A DNA stretch of 32,000 nt from NCBI RefSeq assembly GCF_000011805.1, contig NC_006840.2; one strand, given 5' to 3'. Within the stretch, counting starts at the first letter, position 1, and each line of letters begins with the position of its first letter. The stretch is from Aliivibrio fischeri ES114. GTDB lineage: Bacteria > Pseudomonadota > Gammaproteobacteria > Enterobacterales > Vibrionaceae. Of this stretch, positions 17,545 to 27,476 are shown piece after piece. The notes under the pieces are model-generated. The model made no database searches. It was given only the letters and a program-made list of their open reading frames with translations, and was not told where the DNA came from. The translations under genes and the position numbers were made by a program.

Positions 17545-17562
17545 AATTAGTGAGGTGCTCCA

Positions 17563-19032
17563 ATGAGTACAGAGTTGTTAATAAACGTAACCCCGAGTGA
17601 AACTCGAGTTGCGATGATTGAAGCCGGTGTGCTTCAAGAAGTTCACGTTGAAAGAGAAGCAAGGCGCGGTATTGTTGGTAATATTTATAAAGGCCGTGTA
17701 AGCCGAGTATTACCGGGGATGCAAGCTGCGTTTATTGATATCGGTTTGGATAAAGCCGCATTTCTTCACGCCTCAGATATTGTCCCTCATACTGAATGTG
17801 TTTCTGAAAATGAAAAACGTCAATTCCAAGTAAGGGATATTTCACAGCTTGTCCACCAAGGGCAAGATCTCGTTGTACAAGTAGTCAAAGATCCTCTTGG
17901 TACAAAAGGTGCTCGCTTGACAACCGATATTACTCTGCCTTCTCGTTACTTGGTGTTTATGCCTGGGGCAAGTCATGTTGGTGTATCTCAACGCATTGAA
18001 AGCGAGAAAGAGCGTAATCGTTTAAAAGATACCGTCTCTGATTATTGTGATGAGTTTGGTGGTTTTATTATTCGAACCGCAGCTGAAGGAGCGAGTGAAG
18101 CTGAGATCTCACAAGATGCCGCTTTCTTAAAACGTTTATGGCATAAAGTAATTGAACGTCGTAAAAAGAACAAAACAAAGTCAATGCTTTATGGTGAGTT
18201 AGGTTTAGACCAACGCATTTTACGTGATTTTGTGGGCACAGAGCTTGATCTGATTCGTGTGGATTCAAAGCTAGCATTTGAGAAGCTAAAAGAATTTACA
18301 ACAGAATTCGTACCTGAATTAACAAAGAAATTGGAATATTACTCAGGTGATAAACCTATTTTTGACATGTATGAAACTGAGAATGAAATTCAACGAGCAC
18401 TTGATCGTAAAGTAGAATTAAAATCTGGCGGTTATCTGATTATCGATCAAACCGAAGCTATGACTACCGTGGACATAAATACCGGTGCTTTTGTTGGTCG
18501 ACGCAATTTAGAAGAAACCATTTTTAATACCAATATTGAAGCTACACAAGCGATAGCTCGTCAACTTCGCTTACGGAATTTAGGTGGGATCATCATTATT
18601 GATTTCATTGATATGCTAAGTGAAGAGCATCGACGTCGCGTTCTCCAGTCTTTAGGCTCTGCTTTAGAAAAAGATCGTGTAAAAACCAACATCAATGGTT
18701 TTACACAACTTGGTTTAGTTGAGATGACTCGTAAACGAACTCGAGAAAGTATTGAACATATATTATGTGGTCAATGTCCTACTTGTGAAGGTCGTGGAGC
18801 GGTGAAAACAGTGGAGAGCGTATGTTACGAAATTTTACGTGAAATCACGCGTGTAAATCGTGCGTACGACTCTGATAAGTTTGTTGTTTATGCATCTGTA
18901 GCTGTTGCTGATGCCCTTGAAGGGGAAGAGTCTCATGCATTAGCTGAACTTGAACTCTTTATTGGTAAACAAGTTAAAATTCAAGCTGAACCTCTTTATA
19001 TCCAAGAGCAGTTTGACGTCGTTATGATGTAA
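17563..19032 (+). CDS. rng: Ribonuclease G (CafA)
   Basis: 489 aa. S1 domain GNIYKGRVSRVLPGMQAAFIDIG. RNase E/G catalytic region TTVDINTG and GGIIIIDFIDM. No RNase E-type C-terminal scaffold. Confidence 0.95.
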   Translation: MSTELLINVTPSETRVAMIEAGVLQEVHVEREARRGIVGNIYKGRVSRVLPGMQAAFIDIGLDKAAFLHASDIVPHTECVSENEKRQFQVRDISQLVHQGQDLVVQVVKDPLGTKGARLTTDITLPSRYLVFMPGASHVGVSQRIESEKERNRLKDTVSDYCDEFGGFIIRTAAEGASEAEISQDAAFLKRLWHKVIERRKKNKTKSMLYGELGLDQRILRDFVGTELDLIRVDSKLAFEKLKEFTTEFVPELTKKLEYYSGDKPIFDMYETENEIQRALDRKVELKSGGYLIIDQTEAMTTVDINTGAFVGRRNLEETIFNTNIEATQAIARQLRLRNLGGIIIIDFIDMLSEEHRRRVLQSLGSALEKDRVKTNINGFTQLGLVEMTRKRTRESIEHILCGQCPTCEGRGAVKTVESVCYEILREITRVNRAYDSDKFVVYASVAVADALEGEESHALAELELFIGKQVKIQAEPLYIQEQFDVVMM

Positions 19033-19043
19033 GAGAAAAATAA

Positions 19044-22000
19044 GTGACCACTAAGTTAATTCGTTTTGAACGTTGCTTGATGGGATTATTGCTGCTGGTA
19101 TTTTTACTAGCAGCATTAGTCATTACCAGCCTGCGCCTTTTTCTACCTACTCTCAACCAATACCAGCCCGAAATTGAAACCTTTCTTTCAGAAACAACAG
19201 GTTTTTCTATCTCTATTGGTGAAGTTAAAGGTCGTTGGAGAAATACCAACCCTTCATTAAATCTTAGAAAATTGACTGCGGTTGATCCAAGTACTGGCGA
19301 TGAAATTATCTCAGTGGGTGCCGTTGAAATTCAACTTAATATTTTATCCTCATTATGGGCACAACGTCCTCAATTTGCGGATTTAAGAATTGATAAGTTA
19401 ACGGCTGATCTTACTTCGCTAGGGCCTTCAAGTTTAGGAAAAAGTGAAGAAGATGCAAAAGCAGAGCAAGAGAGTGATGAGTCTTTAGCTAAACGTTTAG
19501 AAGACTTATTTCTTGTGCGCTTAAATCACTTTTCCATAAAGAGCTCTCAAGTTGCATTTATGGCGCTTGATGGTAAAGAAAAAACCATTCAAATCGATTC
19601 ACTTCAATGGCGTAATGAGCGTAGAAAACATTTAGCTGAGGGCATTGTCAGTGTTATTGGTAGTGAAATCAATCAGCTAAAAGTAATCGCTAATTTTAAA
19701 GAAAAAGGTTCATTTAAGAGTTTAGATGGCCATTTTTATGTTGAAGCGAAAAACATCCAAGTGACCCCTTGGATAACTGAGTCTATACAAAAAGAGTATG
19801 GGATCACTCAAGGTGAAGTTTCTGTAAATGCTTGGTTTTCTTTTAAAGATGGCCAACCTATCGATGCATTGGTCGAAGCCTCACCTTCTTATTTAAATTG
19901 GGTTGAAGATAAAAGTATTCATCAAGTTAGTGTTGAAGGTGGTGTATTTGAACTTCAACCAGACGACGCAGGATGGAAGGTCTTTGCAACCGATGTTCAA
20001 GTTAAGCATCAAGGCAATAAATGGCCCGAAATTACTGGTAGTTTTTCTTGGCAACCTGAAAAATGGATTTTGAACTTAGCTCATATTGATTTGCAAAGTG
20101 CATTAGGGCTGAAGACATTATTACCCCCATCTCAAGATAATGTGACGGATTTACTAGCAACGTTAAACCCTAAAGGGAGTGTTAATGACATTCGCGTAGA
20201 ATCAGATACTACGATAGGGTTAAGTTATTCCGCTTCTATTTTATCTGCTGGAATGAATCAATGGGAGCTGCTTCCTGGCTTTCATAAATTAGATGTGTTG
20301 ATTTCAGGTGATGAAGAAAAGGGGAAAGCAAAATTGTCTTTGGTTGATGACACATTACCTTATGGTGACGTGTTTCAAGCCCCATTAAATATCAATGATG
20401 GGGATGTTACCGCTTATTGGGAAGTGAATGATGATGGTTGGCGCTTATGGTCTGATTACATTTATGTATCTACACCTGATTTACAAGCAAGAGGTGAATT
20501 TCGTTTAGATTTCCCAACCGATAAACCATCCGTACTATCTTTTTATGCGGAAGCTGATGCATTCAATGCAGATCAGACATGGCGCTACTTACCGACATTA
20601 GCATTGGGACAAGATCTTACCGATTATTTATCCGCAGCGGTACAAGGTGGTAATGCTAAGACTGTTCAACTGCTTTGGTATGGTGAATTAAACGATTTTC
20701 CTTACACGAAATATGATGGCATTTTTCAGGTTAAAGTTGGCTTAAAAGATGCGCAGTTTGCTTTTGATACTGCTTGGCCTCCATTAACTAATCTTCAGTT
20801 AGATTTGATGTTCCAAAATGCATCAATGTTTTTAAGCTCGCATTCAGCGGACCTTATGGATGTGCACGCAACTCGAGTGACAGGGCGTATTGCCAATTTA
20901 TCAGAAGATGGGAAGTTAACGATTCGAGCAACAGCAAACGGCTCAGGTAAAGCGGTTCGTGAATACATGACAGCTACGCCATTAGTTGATTCTGTGGGCG
21001 CGGCATTAAATAGCATACAGGTTGATAATCGTGTTGATGCATTGCTGCGTTTAGATATTCCATTCTCTGGTGAGGATGTTCGAGCGTGGGGCTATGCTGA
21101 TTTAGCGAATAACCATATTGAGTTGCAATCGCCGAATATCGTATTGACTAATGCTAAAGGGCGCATTGAGTTTGATAATGATGTTGTAAAAGCAAATGGA
21201 ATTAAAGCTTCGTTGCTTGGACAACCAGTTTCATTATCTTTTCATGGTGAAGACCAATCTGATTACTATGGTGTGAAAATTGAAACCAAAGGTAATTGGA
21301 AGATTGCACCACTTAAAGACTATATTGATTCACCTATGATGGATAAGGTGAGTGGTACGTCTTCGTGGAACTCAAATATTAATCTTCAAGTAGCGGATGT
21401 TGGCTTTACTTACCAGATTGGCGTTTATGCTCAATTAGGTAATATGACCTCAACTCTTCCTTATCCTTTAGCATCAGAGAAAGGAACAACTGAAAAGGCA
21501 TCGCTACAAGTTTCTGGAAATTCTGAAAAACTATCAGGGCGATTAACTTTACCTGATACAAAATATCAAGCTGAAATAGATATTACGGGTAAAATTCCAG
21601 AGATTACAGCGAGCCATGTAGTTGTTGGTAAAGGGAATTACAAGGTCAGTCCTATTGTTGGTAATTCGGCATCAATTAATACGAAGTATTTAGATGCTGA
21701 TGCATGGATTGCAGAGCCTATTTTAAGTAAAGAATCTAATAAAAAACCAAAAAGTGTAGCTATGTCTCACTTCCCTGTTATTCCTGTACCTACAAGAATT
21801 GATTCAAATATTAAATCTCTTCATTTGGCATCGCTAGATTGGAATGATGTGAATGCTGATATTCGTAAAAAATCTCAAGGCTGGTATGCGCAGGTTCGAA
21901 GTCAAGAGGTCGATGGTAAGGCAAGCTGGAAAGATAATGATGAACTGTTAGTACAATTGGATAATTTGCATATATTCATTCCAAGTCTTGATAAGCCTGA

Positions 22001-22913
22001 AAATCAAAGAGGATTAAATCGAGCAAAAGAAAATGAGCCGCTAATATCTTCTTTTGACCGTGAGTTCTTCCGTTTAATGCCAAACCTAGAATTAACGATT
22101 AAAGATGCGTGGATTCAAGGTTACAAACTGGGGAAAGTTGATACTAAACTGCATAAGAAGGGTGATACTTTCTATTTAGATAAATTGAAAATTACCAGCG
22201 GTGAAAATAAATTAGCTATGTCTGGTAATTGGTTGTTAGATAAAGAAAAGAGCCATTCAACCTTTAAAGTGAAAGCGTCTGGTGAAAACAACTCAGAATT
22301 GTTAGCTCGATTTGGTATCAGTTCAGGCATTCAAAAAGCCAGCTATAGTATGGATGGTGATTTAAATTGGGATGGTGCTCCATGGAGTATTCGAACAAAT
22401 ACATTATCTGGTGAGTTAGCATCTACTTTAGGTGAGGGTGTGATTACCGATGTAAAAGGTGCTGCTCGTTTCTTAGGTTTATTTAGTATCGATTCTATTA
22501 TCCGAAAAATGCAATTGGACTTTAGAGACGTATTTGATGATGGTATGGCCTTTAATTCAATTACAGGTAGCGGCAAGATGCGAAATGGTATCTTTGTTAG
22601 TAATAATCTAACGATGGATGCTGTCGCTGGTGAGATGAATATAAAAGGTAAGGCGGATCTAAATACTCGCTTAGTTGATGCCGAGGTTAGCTTTACGCCA
22701 GATCTCACATCGGGAATACCAATTATTACTGCATTTGCTGTAGCACCACAAACTGCAATTATTGTTTTGGCTGTAGCGACCGCGATTGCTCCTGTTATTG
22801 ACGTTATTACACAAGTTAATTATAAGGTTGAAGGACCGCTAGATTCACCTACAGTTAAAGAGCTATCTCGTAGCCAAGGTGAATATCAATTACCTGAAAA
22901 AACGGAAAAATAA
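19044..22913 (+). CDS. yhdP: AsmA-like envelope protein YhdP
   Basis: 1289 aa. N-terminal membrane anchor LLLLVFLLAALVITSL. The size and the position after rng match E. coli yhdP. GTG 19044 start is uncertain; ATG 19080 is the alternative. Confidence 0.85.
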   Translation: MTTKLIRFERCLMGLLLLVFLLAALVITSLRLFLPTLNQYQPEIETFLSETTGFSISIGEVKGRWRNTNPSLNLRKLTAVDPSTGDEIISVGAVEIQLNILSSLWAQRPQFADLRIDKLTADLTSLGPSSLGKSEEDAKAEQESDESLAKRLEDLFLVRLNHFSIKSSQVAFMALDGKEKTIQIDSLQWRNERRKHLAEGIVSVIGSEINQLKVIANFKEKGSFKSLDGHFYVEAKNIQVTPWITESIQKEYGITQGEVSVNAWFSFKDGQPIDALVEASPSYLNWVEDKSIHQVSVEGGVFELQPDDAGWKVFATDVQVKHQGNKWPEITGSFSWQPEKWILNLAHIDLQSALGLKTLLPPSQDNVTDLLATLNPKGSVNDIRVESDTTIGLSYSASILSAGMNQWELLPGFHKLDVLISGDEEKGKAKLSLVDDTLPYGDVFQAPLNINDGDVTAYWEVNDDGWRLWSDYIYVSTPDLQARGEFRLDFPTDKPSVLSFYAEADAFNADQTWRYLPTLALGQDLTDYLSAAVQGGNAKTVQLLWYGELNDFPYTKYDGIFQVKVGLKDAQFAFDTAWPPLTNLQLDLMFQNASMFLSSHSADLMDVHATRVTGRIANLSEDGKLTIRATANGSGKAVREYMTATPLVDSVGAALNSIQVDNRVDALLRLDIPFSGEDVRAWGYADLANNHIELQSPNIVLTNAKGRIEFDNDVVKANGIKASLLGQPVSLSFHGEDQSDYYGVKIETKGNWKIAPLKDYIDSPMMDKVSGTSSWNSNINLQVADVGFTYQIGVYAQLGNMTSTLPYPLASEKGTTEKASLQVSGNSEKLSGRLTLPDTKYQAEIDITGKIPEITASHVVVGKGNYKVSPIVGNSASINTKYLDADAWIAEPILSKESNKKPKSVAMSHFPVIPVPTRIDSNIKSLHLASLDWNDVNADIRKKSQGWYAQVRSQEVDGKASWKDNDELLVQLDNLHIFIPSLDKPENQRGLNRAKENEPLISSFDREFFRLMPNLELTIKDAWIQGYKLGKVDTKLHKKGDTFYLDKLKITSGENKLAMSGNWLLDKEKSHSTFKVKASGENNSELLARFGISSGIQKASYSMDGDLNWDGAPWSIRTNTLSGELASTLGEGVITDVKGAARFLGLFSIDSIIRKMQLDFRDVFDDGMAFNSITGSGKMRNGIFVSNNLTMDAVAGEMNIKGKADLNTRLVDAEVSFTPDLTSGIPIITAFAVAPQTAIIVLAVATAIAPVIDVITQVNYKVEGPLDSPTVKELSRSQGEYQLPEKTEK

Positions 22914-22927
22914 GAAAAGGACGTATT

Positions 22928-23746
22928 ATGAGTAAAGTTGGTATTGTTCAGATGACTTCGGGGGCGGAGCCTGATGAGAATATTAAGCAGCTAAAACTCA
23001 AACTAAAAGGGCTACAACTACAAGGTGCTAAGTTAGTTTTAACGCCAGAAAATTGCATAGTATTTGGGCAAAAAGACGATTATGAGCGATATGCCGAGCC
23101 AGTAGGTAAAGGTGTATTACAAGATCAATTGTCAGCGCTTGCTCGTCACTATCAATTGTGGCTTGTGATAGGTTCATTTCCTACAAGAAATGAAAATGGC
23201 AGTTTATCGACAACCAGCCTTGTATTTGATGATAATGGTCATTTAGTCGAACATTACAATAAATTGCATATGTTTGATGTTGATGTCGAAGATAGACATC
23301 AGAGTTATCGGGAGTCCGATACTTTTACGGCTGGTAATGACATTAAAATCGTAGATACTCCTATTGGGAAAGTAGGGCTATCTATTTGCTATGATGTGCG
23401 TTTTCCTCAGTTGTACAGTGAATTACGTAAACAGGGTGCTGAAATTATTCTTGTTCCCGCGGCTTTTACTAAAGTTACCGGCTATGCACATTGGGACATA
23501 TTATTACGCTCAAGAGCCATAGAAACTCAGTGTTGGGTACTTGCTGCAGGGCAGTGGGGTAAACATGGCGCTGGACGTGAAACATGGGGGCATTCAATGA
23601 TTATTGACCCGTGGGGTAATAAAGTGACCGCACAACAAGAAGGCACTGGTGTTATTATTGCTGATATAGACCTTGAGCAAATGAATCAAATCCGCAAAAA
23701 AATGCCCGTAGCGCAACACGCTCGTTTAATTAGTTATCTACCTTAA
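22928..23746 (+). CDS. Carbon-nitrogen hydrolase family protein (Nit/omega-amidase-like)
   Basis: 272 aa. Glu-Lys-Cys triad contexts LTPENC, YNKLHMFD and LSICYDVRFP are typical of the nitrilase superfamily. Confidence 0.85.
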   Translation: MSKVGIVQMTSGAEPDENIKQLKLKLKGLQLQGAKLVLTPENCIVFGQKDDYERYAEPVGKGVLQDQLSALARHYQLWLVIGSFPTRNENGSLSTTSLVFDDNGHLVEHYNKLHMFDVDVEDRHQSYRESDTFTAGNDIKIVDTPIGKVGLSICYDVRFPQLYSELRKQGAEIILVPAAFTKVTGYAHWDILLRSRAIETQCWVLAAGQWGKHGAGRETWGHSMIIDPWGNKVTAQQEGTGVIIADIDLEQMNQIRKKMPVAQHARLISYLP

Positions 23747-23755
23747 ATACAGAAA

Positions 23756-23790
23756 AGAGTGAGTTTAGCCTATAAAACTCACTCTTTTTT
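23756..23790 (+). terminator. Rho-independent terminator after the C-N hydrolase gene
   Basis: AGAGTGAGTTT (23756-23766), 8-nt loop, AAACTCACTCT (23775-23785). The last stem T begins a T6 run (23785-23790). Confidence 0.85.
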
Positions 23791-23839
23791 CTTCATAATT
23801 AAACGATAGATTTTCAATTCTTAAAAAAGAGTATTCCTA

Positions 23840-25285
23840 ATGAGTTTGCAAGAAGTAGAACAATCCTTATTGAGTCAAGCAGGGATCGGTCAGCAGGAAC
23901 TGTCTCAGACCTTAAGCACCATCGCAAAACGAGACGTAGACTACGCTGATATCTACTTTCAATCATGTTGGCATGAGTCATTGGTACTTGAAGACAGTAT
24001 TATTAAAGATGGGTCTTTTAATATTGACCGTGGTGTTGGCATTCGAGCTGTTGCTGGAGAAAAAACAGGGTTTGCTTATTCAGATCAAATTAATCTTGAA
24101 GCATTAACTCAAAGTGCTAGAGCGGCTCGTGGTATCGTTCAGCAAGGTGGTGAAGGCAAAGTTAAGGCATTCTCATCGCAGTCTATTCCTCAATTTTATC
24201 AGCCTGTAAATCCGTTAAATAGTTTAGATAAGCAACAGAAGATCGCATTGCTTGAGGAGATCGACGCTTATATTCGAGCGAAAGAACCACTAGTTCAAGA
24301 AGTGTCTGCAAGCATAAGTGGTGTTTATGAGCAAATGCTTGTTGCAGCTTTAGATGGTACCTATGCTGCCGATATTCGTCCATTGGTACGCCTTTCTATT
24401 AGCGTATTAGTTCAGCGTGGTGATAAGCGTGAACGTGGTAGCGCTGGTGGTGGTGGCCGCTATGGTTATGATTACTTCTTAACAGAAGTGAATGGTAAAT
24501 CTATTGCGCTAGAGTTTGCTGATGAAGCGATTCGTCAAGCATTAGTTAATCTTGATGCTGACGCAGCACCTGCTGGTATGATGCCTGTCGTTCTTGGTTC
24601 TGGCTGGCCGGGAGTTTTATTGCATGAAGCAGTAGGACACGGTCTTGAAGGTGACTTTAACCGTAAAGGTTCGTCAGTATTTGCTGGTAAAGTTGGAGAG
24701 AAAGTAACGTCTTCTGTATGTACTATTGTTGACGATGGCACTATGGTTGATCGCCGTGGTTCATTAAATGTCGATGATGAAGGTGTTCCAGGGCAATACA
24801 ATACACTAATTGAAAATGGTGTATTAAAAGGCTACATGCAAGATAAACTTAATGCTCGATTAATGGGTGTTGCACCTACAGGTAATGGTCGTCGTGAGTC
24901 TTACGCACATTTACCAATGCCTCGTATGACAAATACTTATATGCTGCCTGGTGAGTATGCTCCTGAAGAAATCATCTCAACGGTTAAAAAAGGTATTTAT
25001 GCGCCTAACTTTGGTGGTGGCCAAGTAGATATTACCTCTGGTAAGTTTGTTTTCTCTGCATCAGAAGCGTATTTAATTGAAGATGGTAAAATTACTCGCC
25101 CAGTAAAAGGGGCAACCTTAATCGGATCTGGCATCGAAGCAATGCAGCAAATCTCGATGGTTGGTAATGATTTATCACTCGATCGTGGTGTCGGTGTGTG
25201 TGGCAAAGCTGGCCAGAGCGTACCTGTTGGTGTTGGTCAACCAACGCTAAAACTAGATGCGTTAACGGTTGGTGGTACAGAGTAA
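23840..25285 (+). CDS. tldD: Metalloprotease TldD
   Basis: 481 aa. HExxxH zinc site HEAVGH (nt 24623-24640). TldD/PmbA-fold sequence throughout. Confidence 0.95.
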   Translation: MSLQEVEQSLLSQAGIGQQELSQTLSTIAKRDVDYADIYFQSCWHESLVLEDSIIKDGSFNIDRGVGIRAVAGEKTGFAYSDQINLEALTQSARAARGIVQQGGEGKVKAFSSQSIPQFYQPVNPLNSLDKQQKIALLEEIDAYIRAKEPLVQEVSASISGVYEQMLVAALDGTYAADIRPLVRLSISVLVQRGDKRERGSAGGGGRYGYDYFLTEVNGKSIALEFADEAIRQALVNLDADAAPAGMMPVVLGSGWPGVLLHEAVGHGLEGDFNRKGSSVFAGKVGEKVTSSVCTIVDDGTMVDRRGSLNVDDEGVPGQYNTLIENGVLKGYMQDKLNARLMGVAPTGNGRRESYAHLPMPRMTNTYMLPGEYAPEEIISTVKKGIYAPNFGGGQVDITSGKFVFSASEAYLIEDGKITRPVKGATLIGSGIEAMQQISMVGNDLSLDRGVGVCGKAGQSVPVGVGQPTLKLDALTVGGTE

Positions 25286-25310
25286 TACTAATACTGACAA
25301 CAAAATGAAT

Positions 25311-25350
25311 AAAAAAAGAGCCAAGGATCATTAAGATGCTTGGCTTTTTT
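25311..25350. terminator. Bidirectional intrinsic terminator between convergent tldD and yjgA
   Basis: A7-G-AGCCAAG (to 25325) pairs with CTTGGCT-T5 (25339-25350), with an inner ATC/GAT stem and an ATTAA loop. The A-run and T-run flanks allow function on both strands. Confidence 0.8.
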
Positions 25351-25377
25351 ATTAACAAAAATATGAATTCAAAAGAA

Positions 25378-25917
25378 TTACAGATCTTCGTTTAGGTATA
25401 GATCTTTTAAGATTTGGAAAATTTCACGGAACGCCTTTGGTGGCTTGTTCGATGCTTTTTCTTTCTTAGCTTGGCGCGCAAGTTGGCGGAAACGCTGACG
25501 ATCGGCGTCAGGGTATTTCACCATTACTTCTTCAATTACTGCGTCACCTTCTTCAATCATACGATCTCGAAGTGTTTCTAGTTTATGAAGTGCGGCTGTT
25601 GCTTGTGAGTGCTTGTTGCGAATTTTATCTAGAGCTAATTGGATTGGCTCTGGATCTTCATTACGCATTAGCTTACCAATGAATTGCAGTTGACGACGTT
25701 TCGCTTCATTTTTAAAACGCTGAGCATCATTGATCGCTTCTCTCAGATCGTCTGAAAGAGGGAATTTAGCCAGAACAGATGGTTTTAAACCAACTAACTC
25801 TTCGCCCAATTTTTGTAAGTCTTCCATGTCGTTTTTCATCTCGGTCTTACTTACCCAGATGATCTCTTCTTCCTCTTCCCAAGGAGCTTTCTGATTTTTT
25901 CTTGCCATGATCTTCAT
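25378..25917 (-). CDS. yjgA: Ribosome-associated protein YjgA/DarP (DUF615)
   Basis: 179 aa. [26 protein letters not shown] and [18 protein letters not shown] are collinear with E. coli YjgA. The start may instead be the second ATG at 25908. Confidence 0.9.
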   Translation of the reverse strand: MKIMARKNQKAPWEEEEEIIWVSKTEMKNDMEDLQKLGEELVGLKPSVLAKFPLSDDLREAINDAQRFKNEAKRRQLQFIGKLMRNEDPEPIQLALDKIRNKHSQATAALHKLETLRDRMIEEGDAVIEEVMVKYPDADRQRFRQLARQAKKEKASNKPPKAFREIFQILKDLYLNEDL

Positions 25918-26026
25918 TCTTTAATGGGTGATTGACTCTATTTTAGCAAGATAAATGAATAATTGGGCGCAAATTTATCACATAGAATGTTATTCTAGTA
26001 AAAATGTATCTATTTAGTCAGATGTT

Positions 26027-27370
26027 ATGGGCGCAAAACAGCAAATGATGAATCAAAAAATTGAACTCGAAGCAGCGGTAGCTAAAGCTTTAGACATGGC
26101 GACACAGCATGCAAGTGCAGCAGAAGTTGCTATTACAAAAACGACGGGCATTAGTGTATCAACACTTATGGGTGAGGTTGAGAATGTTGAATTTAACCGC
26201 GATGGTGCGTTAGGCATCACTGTATACCGTGGTCATCGTAAAGGTAGCGCATCAACATCTGATTTAAGTGATAAAGCGATTCAACAAACGGTTGCTGCAG
26301 CACTGGATATTGCAAACTACACATCTGAAGACCCGTTTTCAGGTCCAGCACCAAAAGAATTAATGGCGAAAGATATTCCTGATTTGGATTTATTTCACCC
26401 AGATGAGCCAGAGCCAGATTATGCCGCACAAAAAGCCATTGAAGCTGAGCAAGCGGCTTTAGAGTATCACTCATCAATTAAGCAAAGCGACGGTGCTAGC
26501 TACGATAGTCATTATGGCATTAAAGTTTATGGTAACAGCCATGGTATGTTGGCAAGTTACCCTTCAAGTCGTCAAAGCATCAGTTGTAGTGTGATTGGTG
26601 TTGATAAAAATGGCGATATGGAGCGTGACTATAGCTACACCGTTGCTCGTCATCGTGATGATTTGTGGGATGCTAAAAAAGTAGGTTTAGAAGCCGCAAA
26701 ACGCACAGTAAGTCGTTTAGATGCGAAAAAACTAGATACTATGAAAGTACCTGTAATGTTTGCTGCTGACGTTGCTACAGGTTTATTAGGGCACTTAGTT
26801 ATGGCGATCAGTGGTGCTAACTTATACCGTAAATCGACATTTATGCTTGATAAGCTAAATGAGAAGATTTTACCTGAATGGTTTAACGTAAGTGAGCGTC
26901 CACATATTTTAAAAGGACTGGCAAGTAGTCCATTTGATAGTGAAGGCTTATATACTCAAGACCGTGAAATCATTACCGATGGTGTATTAGCTACATATCT
27001 ACTAACTAGCTATGCTGCACGTAAATTAAACATGACACCAACAGGCCATGCTGGTGGTATCCATAACTGGTTTGTTAAATCAACAGGTCAAAGCTTTGAG
27101 CAAATGCTGAAAACCATGGGTACAGGTCTTTTAGTTACAGAGCTTATGGGACAAGGTGTGAATACGGTAACGGGTGATTACTCTCGTGGAGCAGCAGGTT
27201 TTTGGGTTGAGAATGGTGAAATTCAATATCCGGTCTCTGAAATTACCATTGCAGGTAATCTTGCTGACATGTATCACAATATTGTTGCAGTAGGTAATGA
27301 TGTAGAAACTCGCTCTCAAATTCAAACGGGTTCTATTTTAATTGAATCAATGAAGATTGCTGGTCAGTAG
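26027..27370 (+). CDS. pmbA: PmbA/TldE, partner subunit of TldD protease
   Basis: 447 aa. Collinear with E. coli PmbA ([29 protein letters not shown]; [30 protein letters not shown]). No HExxxH motif. The start could instead be ATG 26045. Confidence 0.94.
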   Translation: MGAKQQMMNQKIELEAAVAKALDMATQHASAAEVAITKTTGISVSTLMGEVENVEFNRDGALGITVYRGHRKGSASTSDLSDKAIQQTVAAALDIANYTSEDPFSGPAPKELMAKDIPDLDLFHPDEPEPDYAAQKAIEAEQAALEYHSSIKQSDGASYDSHYGIKVYGNSHGMLASYPSSRQSISCSVIGVDKNGDMERDYSYTVARHRDDLWDAKKVGLEAAKRTVSRLDAKKLDTMKVPVMFAADVATGLLGHLVMAISGANLYRKSTFMLDKLNEKILPEWFNVSERPHILKGLASSPFDSEGLYTQDREIITDGVLATYLLTSYAARKLNMTPTGHAGGIHNWFVKSTGQSFEQMLKTMGTGLLVTELMGQGVNTVTGDYSRGAAGFWVENGEIQYPVSEITIAGNLADMYHNIVAVGNDVETRSQIQTGSILIESMKIAGQ

Positions 27371-27416
27371 TCGTAATATGATCAAATACTTATGTAGATT
27401 GGTGTAAAGCATAAAT

Positions 27417-27456
27417 AAAAAAGCGCGCAATCATTAAATGAGAGCGCGCTTTTTTT
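27417..27456. terminator. Bidirectional intrinsic terminator between convergent pmbA and mgtE
   Basis: A6-GCGCGC (27417-27428), 15-nt loop with an inner TCAT/ATGA pairing, then GCGCGC-T7 (27444-27456). Confidence 0.85.
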
Positions 27457-27476
27457 ATGTTATGTAAAAATAAAAA

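Noticed and set aside
22343-22708. 121-aa antisense ORF inside yhdP. Similar antisense ORFs lie in tldD (24183..24383, 24535..24801, 24997..25358), pmbA (26217..26477, 27131..27325), rapZ, ptsN and rpoN.
   Set aside because: These are shadow ORFs opposite highly conserved genes, with no independent signals.
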